The position numbers and the translations under genes are program-made. The notes beneath the pieces were generated by a model. That model searched no databases. It saw nothing but the letters and a program-made list of their open reading frames with translations, and was not told the origin of the DNA. Shown here in pieces: positions 23,295 to 34,863 of a stretch of DNA of 64,000 nt (position 1 is its first letter; each line of letters begins with the position of its first letter). Source of the DNA: Setoptus koraiensis (taxonomy: Eukaryota; Animalia; Arthropoda); the NCBI GenBank assembly GCA_048013815.1, contig CM106586.1:13454001-13518000 (forward strand), in the 5' to 3' direction.

Positions 23295-24740
23295 ATGTCA
23301 GCGAAATGGCCAGAAGAAAATCCATGTCACCACCACAAATCAATGAGCTATCGAGTCTCGATGCCTTCAAAACATTTTCTAACAGATACTGTGCCAACGA
23401 ATAGATGCTTTTTTCTCAGTTGCCTGGTAATTCTATGTATCCTCGTGCAATGTTTCGGCTGTGAATTGCTAGGATTGACCCAAAACAATGCAAAAAAAGT
23501 GGTTCTCAGAAATAAAATGTCCACGCCAGATATGGCAGCGAGCGACTCGAGTTTAGCCGAAAACAGTTATGAATGGGGACCAAAGTTCGCACACCAGGTG
23601 GTGCCTCGTCAAAACAATTTTGAGATAGGGCATAATTTTGAAGATTTTTGGCGTAAGTTCGATGAGAAATTCGACGCAAAAGGTGGTCTGTTTGAAAAAA
23701 ACGACAAGCAGCAACAGGCAAACAATTATAGCCCCTCACACTATCGTCATGATGACGATGCAAGTAAATACTATCCAAATGCAAATATAAATGCTGGCCA
23801 AGATAATTACGATGACACCGACTCCCAATATACACCTGTTGATGTCCATAAGCATGATTTGCCGGCCAACAGTATGGGCTACAGCAACCAACAAAATAGA
23901 TATTTCGAAGGTGTTCCTGGCGCCTATCAACAAAATTCTAGAGCGAGCAACAGTTTTCATCCTGTTCCTTTCAACCATCTAGAGCATCTAAATAGGCATT
24001 ATGCCCTAATGAATGAGCACAAGAACCGTATAATGTCTATATCAAAAAATGCTTACCAACACCCCGGTGAATATCATCAGTCTTCGCCAACAAACAACAA
24101 TCAAAACTATAATTACAACTATCATCATCATTACGATAGTAGAAATGATCCCAAGAGTGCCAACAATAACCATGAAAATGAATATGTAAGACACTCAAGT
24201 ATACAACGTAGATCTATTGTTGGTCCACCGTTATCACCACCGCGTCCACCAGTGGCACCTCCACTAAGAAACGATGAGCTATACACATTTCAAAACAACA
24301 AAGTAGACAATAGAGATAATCCCATGACAAACTTTTACCTACCATCAAGATCACATTTTGCAAGTGGAATAGGAATAACAAAAAAATTTATTCCTTGGAC
24401 TAGGATTGTACCAAAATTACCATTGCAATCACCCGTGCACCAAGATGCTGGCCGTCAGAATTCTCTATCACATCATAAAAAAGAACACAGCAGCATTCTA
24501 ACTAGAAAGAGAAAAGATCTGAGTGCTAGCTATGATAATCGCAGCCAACCAACTTCCTCTAGCATCTCGGGTGCCAATGGACCACGGCCAAACGAATCAG
24601 AATTTGGTCAGCCAAGGTCATCTTACCGACATTACACATCGTCCTCATCGCTATCATCAGTCGGTAGACCGGAGGAAAGCGAAAATCTAGTTAAGCTTTA
24701 CTACTACGACAGCACCATAGCTAGAACAAATCGAAGTTGA
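23295..24740 (+). CDS. Putative secreted low-complexity (Asn/His/Tyr/Pro-rich) protein, ~481 aa
   Basis: Long uninterrupted ORF with hydrophobic CFFLSCLVILCILVQCFG near the N-terminus and basic sites RRS and RKRK; no family recognised. Confidence 0.65.
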   Translation: MSAKWPEENPCHHHKSMSYRVSMPSKHFLTDTVPTNRCFFLSCLVILCILVQCFGCELLGLTQNNAKKVVLRNKMSTPDMAASDSSLAENSYEWGPKFAHQVVPRQNNFEIGHNFEDFWRKFDEKFDAKGGLFEKNDKQQQANNYSPSHYRHDDDASKYYPNANINAGQDNYDDTDSQYTPVDVHKHDLPANSMGYSNQQNRYFEGVPGAYQQNSRASNSFHPVPFNHLEHLNRHYALMNEHKNRIMSISKNAYQHPGEYHQSSPTNNNQNYNYNYHHHYDSRNDPKSANNNHENEYVRHSSIQRRSIVGPPLSPPRPPVAPPLRNDELYTFQNNKVDNRDNPMTNFYLPSRSHFASGIGITKKFIPWTRIVPKLPLQSPVHQDAGRQNSLSHHKKEHSSILTRKRKDLSASYDNRSQPTSSSISGANGPRPNESEFGQPRSSYRHYTSSSSLSSVGRPEESENLVKLYYYDSTIARTNRS

Positions 24741-27700
24741 CCCAATGATGTATATAATAAGCACAAAATAAAGCAATTAGCAAGATCCATCACACGTCAT
24801 GTGCTGCAATTTGGTTTCTGACTGCTTCAAAATATTCGTTACCAGATTACTGTAGTGATAGATACACCGAGTTGCTAACTGCGAATGTTCACATTTGACG
24901 CCTTCGTTTGTTGCACGATGTTTGTTTGCCTGGGATGATGGCTCCAGCCAAGCACTGTTGCCCACAACTTGTTGAGCCTATTTTCATCGTGGCTATCGAT
25001 CATCTGAGATCCTTCGAAATATTTGTTGGGCTCTTCCTGGAGGCAATCATCCAGTTCACTATAGGGCTTAGTCGCTCTATAGAAGGGAATTGGCTAATCA
25101 TCTATTGATTCAATATTCTTCATTTTTCGCCTCCGATCAGTGGTTTGAGTTTGAGAAGTTATCGCTAGCGAACGTTGGAATGATTTCTGTGGCACAGGTT
25201 GATGCCTCGATGGATTAATCCACAGCAACATAGGTATTACGATTGAAATGGAGGCGATAAAATTGATGATGAGTGATCTTATGATTTGCAAAATTACTTT
25301 CATGTTTCCATTAACCATGGATATGAAGTTGAAACAGCTTACCCACTAAACGGGCTTGTTGTGTCACTTTGACATTCGTTGACACATTGAGCTTACAGTG
25401 CAGTTCATCTACGACAGACATTCTGCAGAGGACTTTTGCGCTTTATCTGTCTATCCACTGCGATTTAATCAGCTTGGCTGAAAGCTCGAGCTGTCATCAG
25501 CAACACATAGCTGAATGGTCTTTTGGTTGTTTAATGACGATTTTTGTCAGAAAATGATTTATAGATATTCTAAAGTGGGAGTAAGCAGAAACGATGGCTA
25601 CACAACAAATACTGCATATGGGCACTGTACTATTGCTGTGATGTTCGAGAGAGAGAGAGAGAGAGAGTTAGACCATTAGTTGTTTAGGAAAACATCAGAA
25701 TCATCAAGTTCATCCAAATGGAAACTGGAACTGGAACAGACACTCATACACAAAGAGATAGAGAGGCAGACAGACAAAGAGATTAATAATAAAGTTTCCA
25801 TAAAGTTAATCAGCGATTGTTAGATTTAAGCAATTGACTGTTACAACAATTGTGGCATTGTACGCGTATGGCTGCAGTGATTCGGTTTGACAATTGCCTA
25901 GTGACATGTAGTAGTGGTGGCAAAAGATAGTATACCATTGTCATTCATCGATTAGTGGCCTATTTGAAATGAATGACTATTGGCCCCTCCGACGTTTAGA
26001 TAGCTCAACAACGACACCAGCAGCAGCAACAACAACAACGATTTACGCACCACGCTAGCAGCAATAAGCCGGGCCGCTTTACATTTCAACTATTGCAATC
26101 TTTGTTTTTGTGTGCCACTAATTAATTACAACAGTTGCTGTTGCCAGTGATCTATTAGCCTCCACCTTCAATTGCTGGGTCGTCGAGCATCATTTGAGCG
26201 GAAAGTATATGCGTTTATTATGTGTATGTGTGGTTATTGTTGGACGAGAGAGGAACGATAAACTCGTCCAATCCCAGTGACAGTTGTCACCAACAAAAGA
26301 AGAGAGATTGGCCGTTTCTCTTCTCATGCCCATGATAATGTATGTTGTAGTGTGTTGAACAAATGAATTCGCTCTCGAATTTATCTGCAGATTCGCAAAC
26401 AGCATGACTTTGCCATCTCTCTCTACACGCCATATAACATCATTGTTTTTTCGTTGTTATGTAACCGATTGTGAGAGATTGCAAACAGCGCTAGCCAGTG
26501 CCAGAATGTCTATGTATAGTGCACTGTAGCGAGTACAGACAGAGTATACAACAACTTTGAGTCTAGTTTTGATGCAACAGGGAGAGAGAAGGAGAGAGGT
26601 GATTCTCGACAAGACGTTTCCACTTATATGCAAGCGATTGTTGTTCATCCTCCTCCAACTGAGTTGCAGTTGCGACAATCGCATGTGCAGCTAGACTCGA
26701 CAATCATTTGCCCTTACTCTTGACTTTGTTGCGTCTGACTTTCTTTGCTCTCTCTCTCTCTCGACAATAACATGATAATATGTGAGTGATTACGTTGAAA
26801 ATTGATGCACTACCACTACGGTTATATAAATACTACAGTAGACAGCCGACAATTGTGAGTGAGGAGCTGACGCAAACGGAGGATTTACAAGGATAAGCAA
26901 GGGCTGTTACGTGAAACGTTGGGGCAAGCTATTGGCTGGGCGCGCAGCGGTCGCCAACGTCGAGCCGACAGGCAACAGTTTCGAGATGTATCAAGATACC
27001 AAGATTGGCCCTTTCAACTATCCGTCTGTCTCGATTTGCATGCATGAGTCCAAGTGAAGAAGCAAAGAGTGAAGATGAAATTCTTCGCCATGGCTCTCTA
27101 TGGCTGCCGTCTGATAATGATAATAGTTATAGTGGCGTACGAATTAATCTGCTACTCGATGAGCACTGCTATCCATGTAAAGATGGATAGTCGTAGCAAG
27201 CCTCACCAAATATGCAACAACTTCTTCGTAAAGCGACTTGTTCATAAAGGAACTGAACACACCATTCCATCATTTGGTGCCATCATTCCCATGCTTGAGA
27301 AGCTCGATCTTTATTACTATTGCTATTTCTATTTCGTCCGAATCTCGTTGCTGTTGTTTATTTTCACAATTGTGTCGAGACAAAATTCATCATCAGCAGC
27401 AGCAGCCACAACAACAACAAAGGTGAGCTGCTTGTCGGAGGGTAAAGAGTCACTTTGATTGCACACAAGCAACTTGTTGTTGTGTCAGCTAATGGCTTTT
27501 ATCTATTTATATATATATATATACTTGATGCCACTTGTTAGTGTTCGACAGGACATCCTTGAGAAGCTTGACACTCTGGCGAAAAGCGTCACTTCGTCGA
27601 ACTTGAGTTTTCGAAATTCGAATCTTCGAATTTCCGAATCACCTGACACCGCCAAACGATCCCTTGGCGCGCCACCTTGAGTTAGTGTTGGGAAGCGTGG

Positions 27701-29475
27701 AACGCCAGTGGAAAGGACGGCACGCACTTGGCTGTCAGGTAGCTGATGCGCTTCACTAACTTCATTACGCGCTGTCCTTTAGAGGCGCGCGTGGGACATC
27801 GTGAGTGAACCGTGCTATTGGCCAGTGCTAGAGCATTTTTTCTTTTTCAAACTCTATTGTTGTGCCCATGACACTGCCGGCGTGTTTGCACAATTAGTGC
27901 GCTCAGTTCGCCTGGTCTACGTGTGAAGGCACGCACGCATTATGGAAAACGCGCACAAAAGTTCGCTCGCCACCAATTCCAATGCTACCGCAGCTCGTCC
28001 TCCAAAGACGACGAGGACAGACGACGAACTGAAATGATCATTGGCTGACGGAGTGGGGGGCGCGAGCTCACTTTTGTCAGCGATAAGTTCGCAGCCAATA
28101 TAGCGCTTATACTTACAGTACTCACTGACAGTGAGTCACTGTAGCAACTCATGCTAGTGCGCTGTTACTGGGGGAAGCGTGCGCTACAGCGCTGTGCTCT
28201 ACTGGCTGCAGTGGCTGCACAGCGTCGCGCGCCGAGCTGCTGCAATGCAAGACTGCCTACTGTGTACAAGCTGACAGTATGCAGCAAAGTTATCACGCTA
28301 CACACACTGCAGCAGCCCATTTGGTTCAGTTGGTTGGCACACAGTGGACACTTGGACACAGATATTGGCGCAAATTGCGCAAAATAGTGCGCGCAACCAC
28401 GTACAACGGGGGCCCGTCAGCAGAGCTAATTCATGGTGAGCGGGCGCAGCGTTTGGGGCGAGTGTTCACTCGTTTGCAGGCTCCTCCCGGCGGCTGCACT
28501 GGTGATACAGTCAGTGTGTTACGCAGCGATACTCAGCGTAATGCAGTGACTGTAACGCGCAGTGTGTGATTCACGCACCACTGTTGTGTGTGAGTCCCAC
28601 AGTGTGACAGTGTGAGCATAATCGCGGCGGCGCATCATCACACTGGATCGGCAGCGTGCTTCACAGAGGCTGCGTGTGCGTGCGTGTGTATTCCATTGGG
28701 TTCGATTTGTTCGATCGCATCGCTTGCTGCTGTGAGTGTTCTATTCTTTCCATTCTGTTCTATTCTGTTCTGTTCTATTCTTGCACTCTGCCTATTATTG
28801 CGTTGCGCTCTGCTCCGTTCTCATGCAATGTTCGGCGCACCGCGGCAGCCGACGCCCCCTGCCCCCGCGGCCGCCTCCCCCCCCCCGGCAGCGTGCGCCA
28901 TTGTAGCGCTACAGACGCCAGGCAGGCATGGTGGTGGACGAACTGGCCACCTCCCCTCAACGGCGGCACATCAATCTACTGCGGCATTGCACACACCACC
29001 GCGACTGACATTGCGATATACCGAATAGTGCTCGTCAATTACATAATACTCCCTCTCTGGCGTATCTATCACTAGCTAATCATCTCAATATATATATATA
29101 TACCAGCGCACACATATTACCTCCTGAGCGGCGCCGTGCCATAAAAAAACAACAGCGAACGAAACGAAACGGAACGAACAGAAATTAATCGAAGCGAACA
29201 GCGCGAACGAACCACACTCGACAACCATTGCATTTAGCGTCAGACGACTAACCCTTGCGTTTTATCCGACTGCGACTAATTACCACCACCACCTACCACT
29301 AATCGGCACCAGCTCGCTAGTAAGCAAACTCGCCTCGCAAACTAACAGCAGCAATTCAGTGACTCGAAATAGCTCAACGCAGCCACCACATCAAGCAAGC
29401 AAACAACAGCCCAACAAGCAGCCACTGTCACCCACAACCAACAACGACCCAAATATCACCCAATCAAGCGAAGAT

Positions 29476-30552
29476 ATGTCAGACCCAGCCGTTGTCGAAA
29501 AGCTAGAGGCAGGCTTCAAGAAATTGGAGGCCGCCACGCCGGAACAATGTCATTCGCTGTTGAAGAAATATCTCACCAGACAGGTTTTGGACAAACTGAA
29601 ATCGCTCAAGACAGCCATGGGCGCCACTCTATTGGACGTGTGCCAGTCTGGCTTCGAAAATCTAGACTCGGGCGTTGGTATTTACGCGCCGGACGCCGAA
29701 TCTTACACGCTGTTCGCTGATCTGTTCAATCCAATCATCGATGATTATCATCGCGGCTTCAAGGCCACAGACAAGCACCCGGCTAGCGACTTCGGCGACC
29801 TAGAATCGCTTGTCAATGTTGACCCAAACAACGAATTTGTAGTATCCACTCGTGTTCGTTGCGGTCGCTCGCTCAAGGGATACCCATTCAACCCCTGTCT
29901 CACTGAACCACAATACAAGGAGATGGAACAGAAGGTCAGCACAACCCTCAAAGAGATGACAGGCGATCTTGCTGGCACCTATTATCCATTGACCGGCATG
30001 ACCAAAGAGGTTCAACAAAAACTTATCGATGATCATTTTCTCTTTAAGGAGGGTGATCGTTTCTTGCAAACAGCCAACGCTTGCCGCTTCTGGCCAACTG
30101 GCCGTGGTATCTACCACAATGACGCAAAAACATTTTTAATTTGGGTCAACGAGGAAGATCACCTGAGAATCATTAGTATGCAAAAGGGTGGAGATCTCAA
30201 GACTATCTACTCGCGCATGGTTGCCGGTGTTAGAGCCATTGAGGCCAAGGTACCATTCTCTAGAGATGACAGACTAGGATATTTGACATTTTGTCCCACT
30301 AACTTGGGTACAACCATTCGTGCATCGGTGCACATTAAATTACCAAAATTGGCAGCTGATCGCAAGAAATTGGAGGAAGTGGCCGGCAAATACAATTTAC
30401 AAGTACGTGGTACTAGCGGTGAACACACTGAAAGTGTTGGCGGAGTTTACGATATCTCCAACAAACGCAGACTCGGCCTTACAGAATATCAAGCTGTTCG
30501 TGAGATGCAAGACGGCATACTAGAATTAATCAAGATTGAAAAATCATTGTAG
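29476..30552 (+). CDS. Argk: Arginine kinase, intronless, 358 aa
   Basis: [83 protein letters not shown]. Confidence 0.97.
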   Translation: MSDPAVVEKLEAGFKKLEAATPEQCHSLLKKYLTRQVLDKLKSLKTAMGATLLDVCQSGFENLDSGVGIYAPDAESYTLFADLFNPIIDDYHRGFKATDKHPASDFGDLESLVNVDPNNEFVVSTRVRCGRSLKGYPFNPCLTEPQYKEMEQKVSTTLKEMTGDLAGTYYPLTGMTKEVQQKLIDDHFLFKEGDRFLQTANACRFWPTGRGIYHNDAKTFLIWVNEEDHLRIISMQKGGDLKTIYSRMVAGVRAIEAKVPFSRDDRLGYLTFCPTNLGTTIRASVHIKLPKLAADRKKLEEVAGKYNLQVRGTSGEHTESVGGVYDISNKRRLGLTEYQAVREMQDGILELIKIEKSL

Positions 30553-30811
30553 ATTGCACACACAAACTAGACTAACTTTCATGTGTAGTTTCTTATATAT
30601 TATGAAGAAGAGATTGTTTGTTTTAGGCTAATACATATATACATGTCTATATATATATCTACATATATATATATATATATCGTAGTATATATCGCATGAT
30701 AGTTACCATCTAATGTTTGTTAATGTCATCTATATCAATATATGATCATTGTCACAGTAACGTTTCAACAATAATGATAACATATATACATGCAGACACA
30801 TTCATATACCT

Positions 30812-30979
30812 CTAACTTTTATGCAGGCCTAGTAATATTTGCAATTCGTCTATCTGAATCAATCGAATTGAGCTGCTTCCTAGCCAGCAGTTTGCTTGTC
30901 TTAGCGCGAAGGCGTCACTTTCAGTTATCATGAGAGTAAACAATAAGAGGAAACTAGCTAAAATTGATTTTAGTAACAT
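30812..30979 (-). CDS. Putative small secreted peptide, 55 aa
   Basis: MLLKSILASFLLLFTLMITESDA looks like a signal peptide with an S-D-A cleavage site; a CAG acceptor lies just upstream of the ATG. No homology recognised. Confidence 0.45.
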   Translation of the reverse strand: MLLKSILASFLLLFTLMITESDAFALRQANCWLGSSSIRLIQIDELQILLGLHKS

Positions 30980-32577
30980 ATTAGATCGTCGACTGTTGAC
31001 AGCCAAACAAAACAAAACTACGAAAATATTATCAGCAAATAGTGGTTCTTATGGGTCTGTCGCAACAACAACGAACAAAAACTAAAGCGACTAATGAGGA
31101 GAGAGACTCGACACCGGAGAAACATCACTCGATCTATAATGGCATTGTCAATGAGTGTTTGCATACGATGGTTGTTTTCAGGCAAACGAATTAGTATGTG
31201 AGATGGAAGTATTGCGCAATATTGTACTCATACAACACACATCTCATTTTTCACGCTCAAATATTATAAATTTGATTATTATTTTGCCAACTCATAATAA
31301 CACTCCATTATGGTTACAGTCAATTAGCCATATACTGTAGCGTGAAGCGAACTTACAATTTCTAGGCATAAGATGAATTTGAGCTTCTGTAGGCCTCCAT
31401 CGAAATGAAGTTGGAAAAACAACAAAAAGCGCAATGATTGGCTCGAGTGAACTTAGTTAAATAGTCATGAATGACTATTCTTAGTCTCGTCTGTTGGATG
31501 TTGCGTAATTCATTAGAAAAAAGGTCATAAATTTGAGTCTATTTTTCGTTGTTGTTTCGGCGGCATACATAAATTAGCCGCAGTATTTTGCGCAGTTAGT
31601 TTCACATGGGCAAACATTTGATGAGTCCTCAAATATCAACAAGTCTAATTGTCTATGACCTACCACTCATAATCTGTTATCGACATGACTACTAGAACTG
31701 CTGATGGCGAGAAAGAGCACTCAGATATGTTGATCGGAATAAATTGAGCCACGGCGGAATCAACTGTCTGTCAGATTACTCTGCTCATTGTTGTTTGTCT
31801 CCGAGACCGACAACATATTATCGAGATTATGTTGCGTAAGTTACGCAATATATCGATGTTGAGGCCTCCTGTGTGACCTCGCATGCATCATCATTGCATG
31901 TAAAGTATTCTTGTTGTTTGTGTGCGGGCCCGTATGTCAAGTTAGAGATTATCGTTAGAGGTGGCCAACAATTAACCTGATTTGGGTAAAGTCATGTGTT
32001 GAGTGTGCAACTGACCACAGAGATATTCGCTGTCACGAATAATTCATCTGATAAAACATGTATGAAGATTCAGGATGGGCCCATCAAAGCAGAAAACATG
32101 GTTAGATTGAAGACTCGATGCACGGCATCTCGGTATTAAAGAATCGCTTGACGTATCAAATGTTTTGAAGACTATATGAAGCATTTACCAATCAGCCGCT
32201 TTCTCTTCCAAGAAATGTTCGAGCCATTAAAAACTTTACTGGAGTTGTCGAGTTTTTCAGAAGATTAATGAACAGCAATAAGGATCATATATCAGGACCA
32301 AGTGATAGTGAATTCTACGAAGAGAGGGTGGACTTTTACAGATATGGTGATCTTTATTTCAGAGTTATAACATATAAGAGCTCCAATAAAGACCCCCATA
32401 GCAATTTGATCAGTGTATCCGAAGCTATAAAAAGCATGATTGATTTAGTCTTTGGGGTAGGAGTGAAGAACGGCGTGTTGGTTGAATTTAGGACCTGGTC
32501 GGAAGAGGAATGGGTCGAACGACACAAGGAATCAAAATTCCGGGTGATAAAATCTTCGACTGAAGGACCGTGCAAAG

Positions 32578-32697
32578 TTTGCAAAAAAGGTCGCATTATA
32601 GAAATGTTAGAACCTACCGGTGATATTTCTTGGGCAATCAAGAACACATCTTCGTCGGTAGGTTCTAACATTTCTATGGTACGACCTTTTTTGCAAA
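32578..32697 (+). repeat. 120-nt fold-back inverted repeat (42-nt arms)
   Basis: Arms 32578-32619 and 32656-32697: 39 Watson-Crick pairs, 2 G-U and 1 mismatch on the plus strand; the loop contains TTCTTG/CAAGAA. Confidence 0.92.
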
Positions 32698-34863
32698 TTT
32701 TTGCCTGTTGAATTTTATACTGATGAATAATTTCGCATCCGGTATCAGCTTCAATGACTCAATCAAGAGGAGATTCCCCGCCCCTCTGAACGCAAATGCG
32801 TGTATTTCATTGCTAGATTGCCGGTATCTTGCGAATACCTCCACTCATATTCTGAGTCTCACTAGGGTTGATCGGTGCTTCGATTGCGCCCGAGAATCTT
32901 GCGATCCCACTGACTTTTTCAGTCAACTCATTGTTGTCAAATCACTCTGCTAATTGTTGCCTCGAAGTTGGTTGCGATAGTTTGTTGTTGGTCGTAAAAA
33001 GTTGTCGACAATCCTCCGCCCTGACCACCGGCTTTACCCTTCCAACGCCCGGCCTGACTATACTGTGATAGGTCGAGTCATTGTGGTCATAGTTTTTGTA
33101 AGTGCAGTCGCAATGGTGAATCCTTAAATTATTGCAGTTGCGTAACAACTATAACATGAAACTCCATTCTAAGCAACAATTACGACATAATCAAAAGGAT
33201 CTGCAGCAAGGGGGTCACACAATGTAATTTCGAGCTCGATTTGTGTCGATGGAAAAATGAACGGGAATCTAAAGGTTTTCTTGACGATTGCACCAAGATT
33301 CGTCAGACACAACAGCCGACGCAAAGATTGACCGATTGCCCAAAGATAATCACTCTATTATCCTCCAAAGGTCGGCTTCTATATTGCATAGTCATTGTGG
33401 TTGTAGTTTGAGCAAGTGCAGTTGCGTAACAACTATAACATAGGATCGCCTAATGAGACAACTCACAAACAAATCTCTACTCAAGCTACTTGGCGAGCTG
33501 TCAAGAGATTGTCGCACTGCAGCATTCACAGAAGCTTCCAGTAAAGATCGTGATCATATAGCGATGATGTCGTCTCTGAAGGATATACTTGAGAATTATC
33601 GCTTGCTCATTTATGATTATTACGATGCTTTGCTTTTGTTTTGTTTTTTGTATAATAATAATGAATTTTTACTGATGGTTGGCGCATGATAAACAGCTAC
33701 CGCCATCCATTCGTAATTGTGCACAAAAACCACTTTACTACACATAGGCGATTCCAATAATTAATTAGCATAGCGTCTTGACACGAAAAACTAGTGACTT
33801 GACAACCCAAGCGACATTTGACAGAAGAATAGTCAGAAAGGTGAGGCGAGTCGGTCTGATAGTGATGGCTCCCTCTGGGGGCGCCATCACCAATCATCAT
33901 CGAGCTCGAGAGCATTGGTTCGATGATGATCGTACTTTGCCCGGATCCAAAACATTTTAATTTCCTCATTTGATTTCAATGAAAAAACTCAGCCTAATTG
34001 CTGAGTTGGTATCGTTTATGATTAAGATTGGGGCGCTATCTGATCGCCTGCGAACCTCTATCTTGCGTTCATGCTTGCGAGGCTATAGTTATTGCCCTGA
34101 TGCCGATATCAAAAAAGTACCATGAGTGAAAGTCGCGAAGTTCTTTGAAAGATGGCGACATATAACGCGAATGAATCATATAGTGATACTGATGTATAGA
34201 GAGATGGCATAAGCTTATTCGACTGTGTCTGATGATTAGAGGCTGTGAATGCTATATCACTCCTTTAATATATGATAAAAACGCATAATTATAATGAAGG
34301 ATTAATTGAAATATCGGATAGGCAGCCGCACCCAACAATCGGACACGGTATAGCTCCCGAAAATTGTTTAATTCCGATGCATAGGGACCGAAAATGAGTG
34401 TAAATTGCGCACCAATTCGCTTTCGCTGGTCGCTAAATCATGAAACTTTTAGTTTCACTAATATGAGCGTCGCTTCGAGTTGCTGAGATTGTAAACTTCA
34501 CAACAACAATCTCGATGGCGGCTTAAGCTGTCGAAGATTAGTGTTAGATCAGGCATGTATGTAGCAGATCTTGCCCGGGGTGTGCAATCAATAAGCTGGC
34601 TCGACGATAAGTGGTCTGCTTTCATTGTCAATATAGTGACATCAGGGTGAGATTGAAGTGGGATCAAAAAACAGATTCGATCGGTATAAAATGAGCGACA
34701 TCCGAGAAATCAAAGTTCTCTTCCGTTGCAAATACGCTCACCAATAAGTTGAAATAAAAGAAGAAAGTTGTTTAGTGTTGCAAGAGAGAAATTTTCACTT
34801 TTGATTCCTTGCTCATTCAGCATAGAATTGAGAATCAGATCGGAAGTCAATTCAAGCTAAACA

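Noticed and set aside
24870-25318. Minus-strand frame of about 150 codons interrupted by one TAG (possible read-through or pseudogene)
   Set aside because: No recognisable homology, and the TAG could equally be a splice acceptor or chance.
27054-27458. ORF with hydrophobic N-terminus, vaguely insulin B-chain-like
   Set aside because: Lacks the CG..L motif and A-chain cysteines.
33453-33689. 78-aa ORF with protein-like composition
   Set aside because: Short, no motif or splice support; left uncalled.
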